DNA of 64,000 nt from an uncultured Actinomycetes bacterium (GTDB lineage Bacteria; Actinomycetota; Thermoleophilia; Gaiellales; JAICJC01), in NCBI GenBank assembly GCA_963832955.1, contig CAWHWC010000001.1, forward strand, positions 156,810 through 220,809. The letters are read 5' to 3'. The notes beneath the pieces were generated by a model. That model did no database searches and had not been told where the DNA came from. It worked only from the letters and a program-made list of their open reading frames with translations. Positions 30,952 through 38,616 of this stretch are shown piece by piece. The position numbers were made by a program, and so were the translations under genes. Position 1 is the stretch's first letter. Every line of letters begins with the position of its first letter.

Positions 30952-31600
30952 CGAGCTCCCCGTTGTAGAGGTCGGTGCCGTCGGATCCGATGCCGATGTA
31001 CGTCGTTCCGCCGGCCTTGAGCTCGCCGACTGTCCCGGCCTGGGTGAAGGTCGTCCCGTCCACGGTCAGCGACACTTTGCTCGACTCCTTGTGGCACGCG
31101 ATCGTATGCCACTGGCCGTCGATCAGGTCGGGGCCGGCCTGGAGGATGATCTTCGCCTTGTTGGTGAGCCCGAGGAACTTGCAGCGCGCCTGAGCCAGTC
31201 CTTTCCGCGGATAGATCTCGACCTGGTACCCGCCCTTCGAGAACAGGTCGAAATCGAGCTTCCCGATGCCCGGCCGATGGGTCGTCCGGATGTGCATCGT
31301 GACGGTGACGTCGGACGTGCCCGCGACGAGCCCAGCGACCTTCGGGACGATCATCTTCGACGTTTGGCCGTTGAACCCGAACGCGGTGTCGCCGTCTTCG
31401 CCACTCGCCCCCGGCAGTCCCAGCGTCACGTTCGTCAGCGTTCCGTTGAAGCCGTTGGCGGAGTCGACGGCCGTCGTCCCGGTGGTCTCGTCCATCGCCC
31501 AGTGCGCGGCGACGGTCGGCGCGGCCTGGGCGCTCGACGCGAGCACCAGCGACGCGGCGGCGACGATCGTTACGGCGATCGGTCGACCCAGCCCTCTCAT
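30926..31600 (-). CDS. secreted LamG (concanavalin A-like lectin/glucanase) domain protein
   Basis: I prefer ATG 31600 because the RBS GAGGGGA lies upstream. Signal peptide 'MRGLGRPIAVTIVAAASLVLASSAQA'. Contains 'HWAMDETTGTTAVDSANGFNGTL', 'GQWHTIACHKESSKVSLTVDG' and 'YNGELDDVHI', typical of Laminin_G_3. Confidence 0.75.
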   Translation of the reverse strand: MRGLGRPIAVTIVAAASLVLASSAQAAPTVAAHWAMDETTGTTAVDSANGFNGTLTNVTLGLPGASGEDGDTAFGFNGQTSKMIVPKVAGLVAGTSDVTVTMHIRTTHRPGIGKLDFDLFSKGGYQVEIYPRKGLAQARCKFLGLTNKAKIILQAGPDLIDGQWHTIACHKESSKVSLTVDGTTFTQAGTVGELKAGGTTYIGIGSDGTDLYNGELDDVHIEIG

Positions 31601-31692
31601 GATCTTTCCCCTCGTCGACATGACATGTTCTGGCGCTGATGATCCGCCTGCGGGTCTGCTGTCTGTCAAGCGCACGAGCCCCGGTCCCTACA

Positions 31693-32637
31693 ATGGGCGC
31701 CGCCGTGTCGAGCGCCCACCGCCCACCGATCCTGGTCACAGGATCGCACCGCTCCGGCACCACCTGGGTGGGCCGCACGATCGCCGCCTCGCCCAACATC
31801 GGCTACCTCGACGAGCCGTTCAGCCTGCGCCATCGGCCGGGCGTCCTGCGGACGCGGTTTCCCTTCTGGTTCCCGTACCTGACGACCGCCAACGCAGGCG
31901 CTACCACCGCCGACCTGCGCCGGACGCTCGCGTTTCGCTACAGCTACGCGGCGGAGCTCGGCGCCATCGGGTCGACCCGCGACGCCGGGCGGATGGTGAG
32001 GGACGCAGGGCGGTTCGCCGTGTGGCGCGCGCGCCGCGCCCGGCCGCTGCTCAAGGATCCCATCGCGATCCTCGCGGTGCCGTGGCTGGCCGCCGAGTTC
32101 GACACCCAGCCGGTCGTCCTCATCCGCCACCCGGCCGCGTTCGCATCCAGCCTGAAGCGCATGGGCTGGACCCACGACTTCTCGCACTTCCTGCGCCAGC
32201 CCGGCCTCGTCGACGATCTCGTGCCCGACCTGCGCTCCGACATCGAGGCGTTCGCGGCCGAACCGCGCGACGTCATCGACCAAGCCGGGCTCCTGTGGGT
32301 CATCGTCCACACGGTCATCGAGCGATACCGGCGCGAGCACCCGGAGTGGGCGTTCGTGCGCCACGAGGACCTCTCGAACGACCCCTTCGGCGGGTTTCGC
32401 GACATGTTCTCCGGGCTCGGCCTCGAGTACACACCCGACGTCGACCGCTACATCGCCGAGAGCACGGGCGCAGCGAACCCGGCCGAAGCCCCGACCGGCG
32501 TCATCCACGAGCTGCGGCGCGACAGCTCGGCAAACGTCCACACGTGGCGATCGCGACTCGACGCCGAGGAGGTGCGCCGGGTCCGCGACCGCACGGGCGC
32601 CGTCGCCCGAGCCTTCTATTCCGACGACGAATGGTGA
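31693..32637 (+). CDS. sulfotransferase (ST5, P-loop HRSGTT type)
   Basis: Contains 'ILVTGSHRSGTTWVGRTI', 3'-PB 'VVLIRHPAAFASSLKR' and 'FVRHEDLSNDPFGGFRDMFSGLGLEY'. The start is ambiguous: 31639 (track), 31693 or GTG 31705. TACAAT at 31689-31694. Confidence 0.7.
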   Translation: MGAAVSSAHRPPILVTGSHRSGTTWVGRTIAASPNIGYLDEPFSLRHRPGVLRTRFPFWFPYLTTANAGATTADLRRTLAFRYSYAAELGAIGSTRDAGRMVRDAGRFAVWRARRARPLLKDPIAILAVPWLAAEFDTQPVVLIRHPAAFASSLKRMGWTHDFSHFLRQPGLVDDLVPDLRSDIEAFAAEPRDVIDQAGLLWVIVHTVIERYRREHPEWAFVRHEDLSNDPFGGFRDMFSGLGLEYTPDVDRYIAESTGAANPAEAPTGVIHELRRDSSANVHTWRSRLDAEEVRRVRDRTGAVARAFYSDDEW

Positions 32638-32644
32638 CGCGCCG

Positions 32645-33793
32645 TCAGATCGAGAATCGCGCGAGGTGCCGGAACGTGGCCGTCCCCATCTGCGTGAAGT
32701 CGCCGCCGGCGTAGATCTTCGTCGAGTTCACGAAGACCGACCACGTGCCCTTGGCGCTGTTCGGCTTGGGCGTCCAGCCCGTGTCGACGGCGCCCGTCGC
32801 CGGGTCTACCGCGGACAGGCGAGCAGCACCCACTCCTGCGATGTGGCGGAAGTGCCCACCGAAGATCACCTCGCCGTCCGCGGAGTCGTAATCGATGGCC
32901 TGGACGCCGCCGTCGGTTGGGACATCCCAGACGATGGAGCCGGCGTTCGTGAAGCGGTAGGCGTGCCCGTCGGGGTCACCTGTGCCTCCGCCGGCCACGA
33001 AGACGTCCGTTCCGAACGCGATGACCTGCCAGACCTGGAACGACGGATGGGTCGCCCACGGTCCGACGGATCCGTCGGGGTTGATCGCCGCGATGTACTG
33101 CTGCGCGGTACCGTTCACCGTGGCGAACACACCGCCGATCACGACTTGACCGTTTGCAAGCGGAGCCACGCTCCGGATCTCTGCGTTCACCGTGATCTTC
33201 AGCGGAAGGACGCTGGGCACGGGCTGCGAAAGGTCAAGCGCGGCGAACCGCTGGCGCTTCACGCCGTTGATCTTCGCGAACTGACCACCCATGTACAGCG
33301 TCGATCCCGACACCGCCATCGCACGCACACGCTTCGTGGCCTCGGCCTTCCACGACTCGAGGCTCTCGCCGAGGTACGCGGCGAAATGGCTGCGGGCCTG
33401 CCCGTCGATCGTGGTGAAGTCGCCGCCCACGAAGAGCTGCGAGCCGTCGGTGACGAGCGAGTACACGATCCCGTTCGGGTCGGGCGCGAAGCTCGTGTCG
33501 AGCGCGCCGGTCGCGGCGTCGATCGCCATCAGGTGGGCGCGCGGAACCGTCGAGCCGTCCGGGGCGACCGCGTGCGTGAAATCGCCTCCGACGAAGACGG
33601 TGCTGCCGACCTGGACGATCGACCAGACGCGGCCGTCGGTGCCCCACGTGCCGGGATCGGGAGCGTTCGGCGGCGTCGCCCAGGCCACGGCGGCTGACAG
33701 CGCCCAGACGGCCGAGGCGAGCACGAGCCCGCGTGTGATCACTCGCCGGAACCTGTCACCCAACTCGACGCGCCTGTTGCCGCCCGCACCCAT
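32645..33793 (-). CDS. secreted beta-propeller repeat protein (DUF5122 / delta-60-repeat-like)
   Basis: I prefer ATG 33793 because AGGAGG lies 6 nt upstream. Signal 'GLVLASAVWALSAAVAWA'. The blade motif recurs as 'VFVGGDFTHA', 'LFVGGDFTTIDG', 'LYMGGQFAKING', 'VIGGVFATVNG', 'IFGGHFRHIAG', 'IYAGGDFTQMG', and 'ATGALDTSFAPDPNG' is present. Confidence 0.7.
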   Translation of the reverse strand: MGAGGNRRVELGDRFRRVITRGLVLASAVWALSAAVAWATPPNAPDPGTWGTDGRVWSIVQVGSTVFVGGDFTHAVAPDGSTVPRAHLMAIDAATGALDTSFAPDPNGIVYSLVTDGSQLFVGGDFTTIDGQARSHFAAYLGESLESWKAEATKRVRAMAVSGSTLYMGGQFAKINGVKRQRFAALDLSQPVPSVLPLKITVNAEIRSVAPLANGQVVIGGVFATVNGTAQQYIAAINPDGSVGPWATHPSFQVWQVIAFGTDVFVAGGGTGDPDGHAYRFTNAGSIVWDVPTDGGVQAIDYDSADGEVIFGGHFRHIAGVGAARLSAVDPATGAVDTGWTPKPNSAKGTWSVFVNSTKIYAGGDFTQMGTATFRHLARFSI

Positions 33794-33882
33794 AAAAGCC
33801 TCCTGGACAGAATTCCCAAGATTCTCCATTCAATTCGGGAACACGTCAAGTCGGACGGCCCTGTTCATGAGGCGGTTCAGGG

Positions 33883-33911
33883 TTGACAGTCGGAGGCAGC
33901 GCAGCCAAACT
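33883..33911 (+). promoter_or_regulatory. possible promoter TTGACA-N17-CAAACT for the phosphatase/epimerase pair
   Basis: TTGACA 33883-33888 in the AT-richer divergent gap. GAGG RBS about 10 nt before ATG 33956. Confidence 0.3.
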
Positions 33912-33955
33912 CGAGGGGACGTTTTTGCAAATCATCAGGTCGTGAGGTGTTGCAC

Positions 33956-34657
33956 ATGACGGTTGGAGGGGGAGACTCGACCGGTGGAGGCGGGTCGGCC
34001 AGGATCTATCTGGTCCGGCACGGGCGGACGGTGATGAACGCCGAAGTGCGGTTCCGCGGGAGGCTCGAGGTCCCGCTCGACGCCGTTGGACGGGCCGAGG
34101 CGCTGGCGGTCGCACGCCGGCTCTCGGAGGCCGGGCTGACCGCCGCATACACGAGCCCGCTGGCGCGTGCGCGTGAGGTCGCCATGGCGATCGCCGCAGC
34201 GTCCCAGCTCGAGCGGGTCGACGACCACGACGGCCTCACGAACCTCGATTACGGGGTGTGGGAGGGGCTGACGAAGGAGGAGTGCGCGGCTCACGACCCC
34301 GAGGCGTTCCGCCTGTACGCGGAGGAGCCCGAGAACGCGGCCTGCCCCGACGGCGAGGCGCTGTCGGTCGCCGCCGCCCGCGTCGTCGACGCGCTACGTG
34401 AGATCGGGACGCGACACCCGGGCGAGTCAATCGCCGCGGTGACGCACGGCGCCATGGTGCGGCTCGCGGTCCTCCGGATCGCCGGCCCGACGATCGGCGA
34501 CTGGCAGTTCAAGCTGCCGACCGGCTCGGCGACCGTGTTCGAGGTCTCCGACGGCGAGGTGCGCCTTGTTTCGCCGCTCGACCGGTTCCGCCCGGATCCG
34601 CACAAGGCGGCGGCCGCAACGGTCGAAGACGATTCGCCGAAGGCGGTAGCGTCATGA
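33956..34657 (+). CDS. histidine phosphatase family protein (phosphoglycerate-mutase-like)
   Basis: 'RIYLVRHGRTVMN' (RHG motif), 'EVPLDAVGRAEA' and 'AVTHGAMVR'. The stop overlaps the next ATG (ATGA). Confidence 0.8.
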   Translation: MTVGGGDSTGGGGSARIYLVRHGRTVMNAEVRFRGRLEVPLDAVGRAEALAVARRLSEAGLTAAYTSPLARAREVAMAIAAASQLERVDDHDGLTNLDYGVWEGLTKEECAAHDPEAFRLYAEEPENAACPDGEALSVAAARVVDALREIGTRHPGESIAAVTHGAMVRLAVLRIAGPTIGDWQFKLPTGSATVFEVSDGEVRLVSPLDRFRPDPHKAAAATVEDDSPKAVAS

Positions 34658-35661
34658 GCAGCCGCCCCGTCGTCGTGACGGGCGCCGGCGGCTTCATCGG
34701 CGGCCACCTCGTACGAGACCTGGTTCGCCAGGGAGCTCAGGTGCGCGCGGTCGACCAGAAGCCGCTCGAGGAGTGGTACCAGGTCGCGCCGGACGCCGAG
34801 AGCCTCGTCCTCGACCTCTCGCTCCGCGAGAGCTGCGACGTGGCCGCGGCCGGGGCGAGCCGCATCTACAACCTCGCTGCGGACATGGGCGGCATGGGCT
34901 TCATCGAGAACAACAAGGCGCTCTGCATGCTCTCGGTGCTCATCAACACGCACCTGCTGATGGCGGCGTCCAAAGCCGGCGTCGACCGGTTCTTCTTCTC
35001 GTCGTCGGCCTGCGTCTACGCCGCCGAGCAGCAGACGTCCCCGGACGTGACCGCGCTCAAGGAGGCCGACGCCTATCCGGCGATGCCCGAGGACGGGTAC
35101 GGCTGGGAGAAGCTCTTCAGCGAGCGGATGTGCCGGCACTTCCGCGAGGACTTCGGGCTCGAGACGCGGGTCGCGCGGTACCACAACGTCTACGGGCCGT
35201 ACGGGACGTACGACGGCGGTCGCGAGAAGGCACCGGCGGCCATCTGCCGCAAGGTCATCGCCGCGAAGCTCTCCGGATCGAACGCGATCGAGATCTGGGG
35301 CGACGGTGAGCAGACGCGGAGCTTCATGTACGTCGACGACTGCGTCTATGGCACCCAGCTCCTGACCGACAGCGACGTCGTCGATCCGATCAACGTCGGC
35401 AGCTCCGAGCTGGTGACGATCAACCAGCTGGTGTCCATCGTCGAGGACATCGCCGGCATCGAGCTGGAGCGCAACTACAAGCTCGACGCTCCGCAGGGCG
35501 TGCGGGGCCGAAACAGCGACAACACCATGATCCTCGAGCAGCTCGGGTGGGAGCCTTCCACGACCCTGCGCGACGGCATGGAGCAGACGTACCGCTGGAT
35601 CCACGACGAGATGGTCGCGAGCGGCCGGTACGGCTCGACGGCCGTCCCCGTCGCACGCTGA
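34654..35661 (+). CDS. NAD-dependent epimerase, GDP-mannose 3,5-epimerase-like
   Basis: Rossmann 'VVVTGAGGFIGGHL'. Long collinear matches to plant GME as I recall it: 'AADMGGMGFI', 'RFFFSSSACVY', 'YGWEKL', 'RYHNVYGPYGTYDGGREKAPAAICRK', 'IWGDGEQTRSF', 'PINVGSSELV', 'PQGVRGRNSDN'. Confidence 0.75.
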   Translation: MSSRPVVVTGAGGFIGGHLVRDLVRQGAQVRAVDQKPLEEWYQVAPDAESLVLDLSLRESCDVAAAGASRIYNLAADMGGMGFIENNKALCMLSVLINTHLLMAASKAGVDRFFFSSSACVYAAEQQTSPDVTALKEADAYPAMPEDGYGWEKLFSERMCRHFREDFGLETRVARYHNVYGPYGTYDGGREKAPAAICRKVIAAKLSGSNAIEIWGDGEQTRSFMYVDDCVYGTQLLTDSDVVDPINVGSSELVTINQLVSIVEDIAGIELERNYKLDAPQGVRGRNSDNTMILEQLGWEPSTTLRDGMEQTYRWIHDEMVASGRYGSTAVPVAR

Positions 35662-35674
35662 TCCCGACTGAGCG

Positions 35675-36406
35675 TTAGTCCACCGGGCGGTCGACGACCG
35701 CCCGGTGGGCTCGGTCGACCCGCTCCCGCAGCTCCGCCGAGAGCGCCTGCTCGATCTCGACCTGCGCGCCTGGCTGCGCCAGCTTGCGCTCCGCAGACGG
35801 CCGGGCGACGGTCGTCTCGACGACCGCGCCGTTCGCACGGCGCCGGTTCTCGGCCTCGATGCGCTCAAAGCACCGGCGCACGTTCTCGTCCGTGTGGTCG
35901 AACTGGGCGAAGTCGGTCCCAAACCGGCCGTTTACCCGGGCGATGACAGCGCCCAGGTCGGAGGTCACCTCCGCGAACTCCGCCACCACGCACCCGTCCA
36001 GATGGCCGGCGACGCCTTCATGGAACGCGGCGTACGCCGCTGCGACGTCCTCCGGCCGGAGCGCGGGCTTCCGAGCGAGCACCGAGGCGATGGCGTCGTC
36101 GGGCGGCCGAACGAGCAGCATCACCGGCACCCCGCGATCGACCGCACGGGTCACGTGCGCGACTGCGTGGAGATGGTGGGCGACCGTCACCGGCCCCGGC
36201 TGGGCCATCCGAAATGCGGTCACCGCAAACGTGTTGGCGGAGCGCGGGAAGCCCTCGATGACGATGTTGGTGTCGGGCCCGAGGATGCGGTCGCCGTACC
36301 GCCGCCGCGCGATGGCAAGGTAGAGCCGCGGATGAGAGGCGAGCGGGTTCGTGCCGCCAAGCGTCACCGCGTCGTGTCGTGCCAGCAGTCGCGAGAGGGT
36401 CGGCAT
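35675..36406 (-). CDS. probable sulfotransferase-fold protein (ST6, divergent)
   Basis: Intact 243 aa with a P-loop-like 'IEGFPRSANTFAVTAF' and a 3'-PB-like 'VMLLVRPPDDAIASVLAR'. Weaker than the other five. Confidence 0.45.
   Translation of the reverse strand: MPTLSRLLARHDAVTLGGTNPLASHPRLYLAIARRRYGDRILGPDTNIVIEGFPRSANTFAVTAFRMAQPGPVTVAHHLHAVAHVTRAVDRGVPVMLLVRPPDDAIASVLARKPALRPEDVAAAYAAFHEGVAGHLDGCVVAEFAEVTSDLGAVIARVNGRFGTDFAQFDHTDENVRRCFERIEAENRRRANGAVVETTVARPSAERKLAQPGAQVEIEQALSAELRERVDRAHRAVVDRPVD
35680..35708. terminator. 13-bp perfect hairpin (CCACCGGGCGGTC-GAC-GACCGCCCGGTGG) between convergent genes
   Basis: It lies 19 nt after the epimerase stop and is embedded in the last 10 codons of the minus-strand ORF 35675..36406. 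There is no U-tract. Confidence 0.4.
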
Positions 36407-36486
36407 GCGAACGCCATTCGAGTATCCGGCTGCCCGCGCCGGGTGTCAAACACGACGGCCCCGCATGGCCAGGCCGGCGCGGCGAT

Positions 36487-38211
36487 CTACGGGCGAGGGG
36501 TGCAGGAGCGCGTGCCGCTGTCCACGGTCTGCCCGCTGTCGGACATGAACTGCCAGTCGACCGAGGTCGCGTTCAGCGTGAGGAAGATGGCGCCGAAGTG
36601 CGTGTTGTCGTAGACCGCGGTGTTGGGCGAGATGAACGACGCCGATCCGTGGTTGACGCCGCCGGTGCCGACGATTATCTCCGTGATGCCGTTCGCCGGG
36701 TCGAGATTCCCGCTCGGGTTCTGCGGCTTGAAGCGCTCGTAGTAGTGGGCGTGGCCGTTCAGGACGAGCGCAGCGTGTGCCGCGTAGAGGTCGTCCCAGA
36801 AGGGCTTGAAGGACGAATTCGCGGTCCGGCTCGAACCCCTGAAGTACGGCTGGTGCCACACTGCCATGATGCAGCTGCCGCTCGGCGTGGTGTTGATCGC
36901 ATTCTGGAGGAAGAGCTCCTGGGGAGAGCCCTTGGAGCAGGGGGTCGACGAGCAGTTGCCGTTCAGGTCGATCACGCGCCAGTGGACGCCGCCACCGGCA
37001 AGGTCGACGTAGTAGTACCCGCTCGTGCCATTCGGCTGCGCGCGTGCGCCGAAGTATTGGAAGTAGCCGTTCTGGGGCTGGCCGTCGCACGACGTTGACG
37101 CCCCGATGTCCTGGTCGCCGATGGTCGGGTGCGTGTTGGCGATGAAGGCGCCCCAACTCTTGTCGTAATAGGCGTTGAAGTTCGCGATCGCACCGCACGG
37201 ATACTGGTTGTCGCCCAGTGTGAACACCGAATCGAGCTGCGAAAGGTGGGAAGAGATCAGGTTCGCCGTGGCCTGCTGGTGACACGTGGTGGCCTTCGGT
37301 GTGAGCGACGCGCAGGCGATGTCACCCGCAGCGGCAATCATGAGCCCCCCTCCGCCGCTCTGAGGTGGGGTCGTCGCCGACGCCTGGTTCGACGCGATCG
37401 ACTCCCCGTTTCCGTCGAACGCCGTGACCGTGTAGCTGTGGGTCGTCGCGGGCTGGACGTTCGTGTCGTCGAAGGCCTGCGACGGGGCGTTCACGGTCGC
37501 GATCGGCTGCGGCCCGTTGTCCTTGAATACGTGGTACCCCGTCACCGTCGGCGTGGTCGACGCGTTCCAGGTGAGGTCGATCTCGGTGGGCGAAACGGCC
37601 GTCGCCTGGAGGTTCGTCGGCGGCGCGACGGTCGTCCCGGTCGTCGAGAAGCTCAGGTCGTCGACCATGAACGAGTCGCCCGTGACCGCGTTCTTCTGCT
37701 CGACGAAGAACGTCAGCGAGTCGCCTGTCGAGACGACGGTGTAGCTCAGCTCGGCGAGCGTGGCCCAGGCGCCGGTGCCCGTCGTGCACCCGGTGACCGA
37801 CTTCGACGTCGTCCCCGACTCCTTCACCTTGAAGCAGACGTTCTTCCCGGACGGGGCCTTGAACCGCCCATCGCTGACGTACACGGCGCCCGCCCCGGCG
37901 TTCGACACGGGGTCCGCCGCGGTCTTGATCGCGTAGGTACCGGTCGATGCGGTGCGTGTCACCTGCGCGGCGTTCGCGCTTACGTCGCCCGGCACGAGCG
38001 ACAGCGTGCCGTTCTGGCCCTTCCAGCCGGCCAGCGAACCGCCGCTTGCCTCGAAGTCGCCGTTCGTAAGGAGGTTCGTCCCCGCAGCCATCGCCGACGT
38101 CGCCAGCACCGCCATGCAGACGGTGACAGCCGCCAGAATCCCCCGCGTGCGTAACGTTCCGGTCGCGCCGGTCCTCTCATCGCGTAGGCGTGCCGTCCAG
38201 AGCATCACCAA
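36487..38211 (-). CDS. secreted multidomain protein: CBM_4_9-like carbohydrate-binding module, FN3 and metallophosphoesterase (paralog 2)
   Basis: Intact 574 aa. Signal 'GILAAVTVCMAVLATSAMAAG'. CBM 'NLLTNGDFEASGGSLAGWKG'. FN3 'PPTNLQATAVSPTEIDLTWNAS...TGYHVF...HSYTVTAFDGNGES'. Phosphoesterase motifs 'AAAGDIAC', 'LGDNQY', 'WHQPYF', 'LNGHAHYYERF', with 'IGDQDIG' where paralog 1 has 'AGNHEYD'. Confidence 0.75.
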   Translation of the reverse strand: MVMLWTARLRDERTGATGTLRTRGILAAVTVCMAVLATSAMAAGTNLLTNGDFEASGGSLAGWKGQNGTLSLVPGDVSANAAQVTRTASTGTYAIKTAADPVSNAGAGAVYVSDGRFKAPSGKNVCFKVKESGTTSKSVTGCTTGTGAWATLAELSYTVVSTGDSLTFFVEQKNAVTGDSFMVDDLSFSTTGTTVAPPTNLQATAVSPTEIDLTWNASTTPTVTGYHVFKDNGPQPIATVNAPSQAFDDTNVQPATTHSYTVTAFDGNGESIASNQASATTPPQSGGGGLMIAAAGDIACASLTPKATTCHQQATANLISSHLSQLDSVFTLGDNQYPCGAIANFNAYYDKSWGAFIANTHPTIGDQDIGASTSCDGQPQNGYFQYFGARAQPNGTSGYYYVDLAGGGVHWRVIDLNGNCSSTPCSKGSPQELFLQNAINTTPSGSCIMAVWHQPYFRGSSRTANSSFKPFWDDLYAAHAALVLNGHAHYYERFKPQNPSGNLDPANGITEIIVGTGGVNHGSASFISPNTAVYDNTHFGAIFLTLNATSVDWQFMSDSGQTVDSGTRSCTPRP

Positions 38212-38364
38212 ATCCCCGGCCCGGGATGACTCCCCGTTAGGTTAGGGGACTGTGAGGAAACTGTCAAAACGAACGGTGCGAGGAATCCTCTCATCCAACC
38301 AAGCCCCTGACACGCCTGGCCATTGGAGGAATGAGGCTTCCCGCATGGTTCGGCGGGTCGGGAG

Positions 38365-38437
38365 TGGGCGCAACAGGGCTCGAACCTGTGACCTTCCGCG
38401 CGTGAAGCGGACGCTCTCCCAGCTGAGCTATGCGCCC
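38365..38437 (-). tRNA. tRNA-Val (anticodon CAC)
   Basis: The reverse complement GGGCGCATAGCTCAGCTGGGAGAGCGTCCGCTTCACGCGCGGAAGGTCACAGGTTCGAGCCCTGTTGCGCCCA folds as a cloverleaf: 7-bp acceptor, GCTC/GAGC D-stem, TCCGC/GCGGA anticodon stem with loop TTCACGC, and a TTCGAGC T-loop. No encoded CCA. Confidence 0.9.
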
Positions 38438-38450
38438 CGGGAGGCGCAGT

Positions 38451-38590
38451 CTATCGGCTCGCCTCTAGCTCGGGGAGGTCGATCGGCTTCGTCAGGCACG
38501 CCACCGCGCCGAAGCGATGCACGTGGGTGATCTCGGCCTCGACTGAGCAGGCCGTCACCATGATCACCTCGAGGTCGCGCAGCCTGAGAT
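38451..38590 (-). pseudogene. remnant of a response-regulator receiver domain (C-terminal ~45 aa only)
   Basis: The translation 'LRDLEVIMVTACSVEAEITHVHRFGAVACLTKPIDLPELEASR' matches the beta4-alpha4-beta5 part of REC domains (..VIMLTA....A...GA..YLTKP.d..eL). The space where the N-terminal half would lie is occupied by the 3' end of the cyclodeaminase gene in another frame. Confidence 0.5.
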
Positions 38591-38616
38591 CTGCTGCACG
38601 GACCGCCGGCGGCCCG

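Noticed and set aside
38252-38530. Plus-strand 92-aa ORF across the tRNA-Val locus.
   Set aside because: It overlaps the tRNA gene antisense, and its translation is low complexity.
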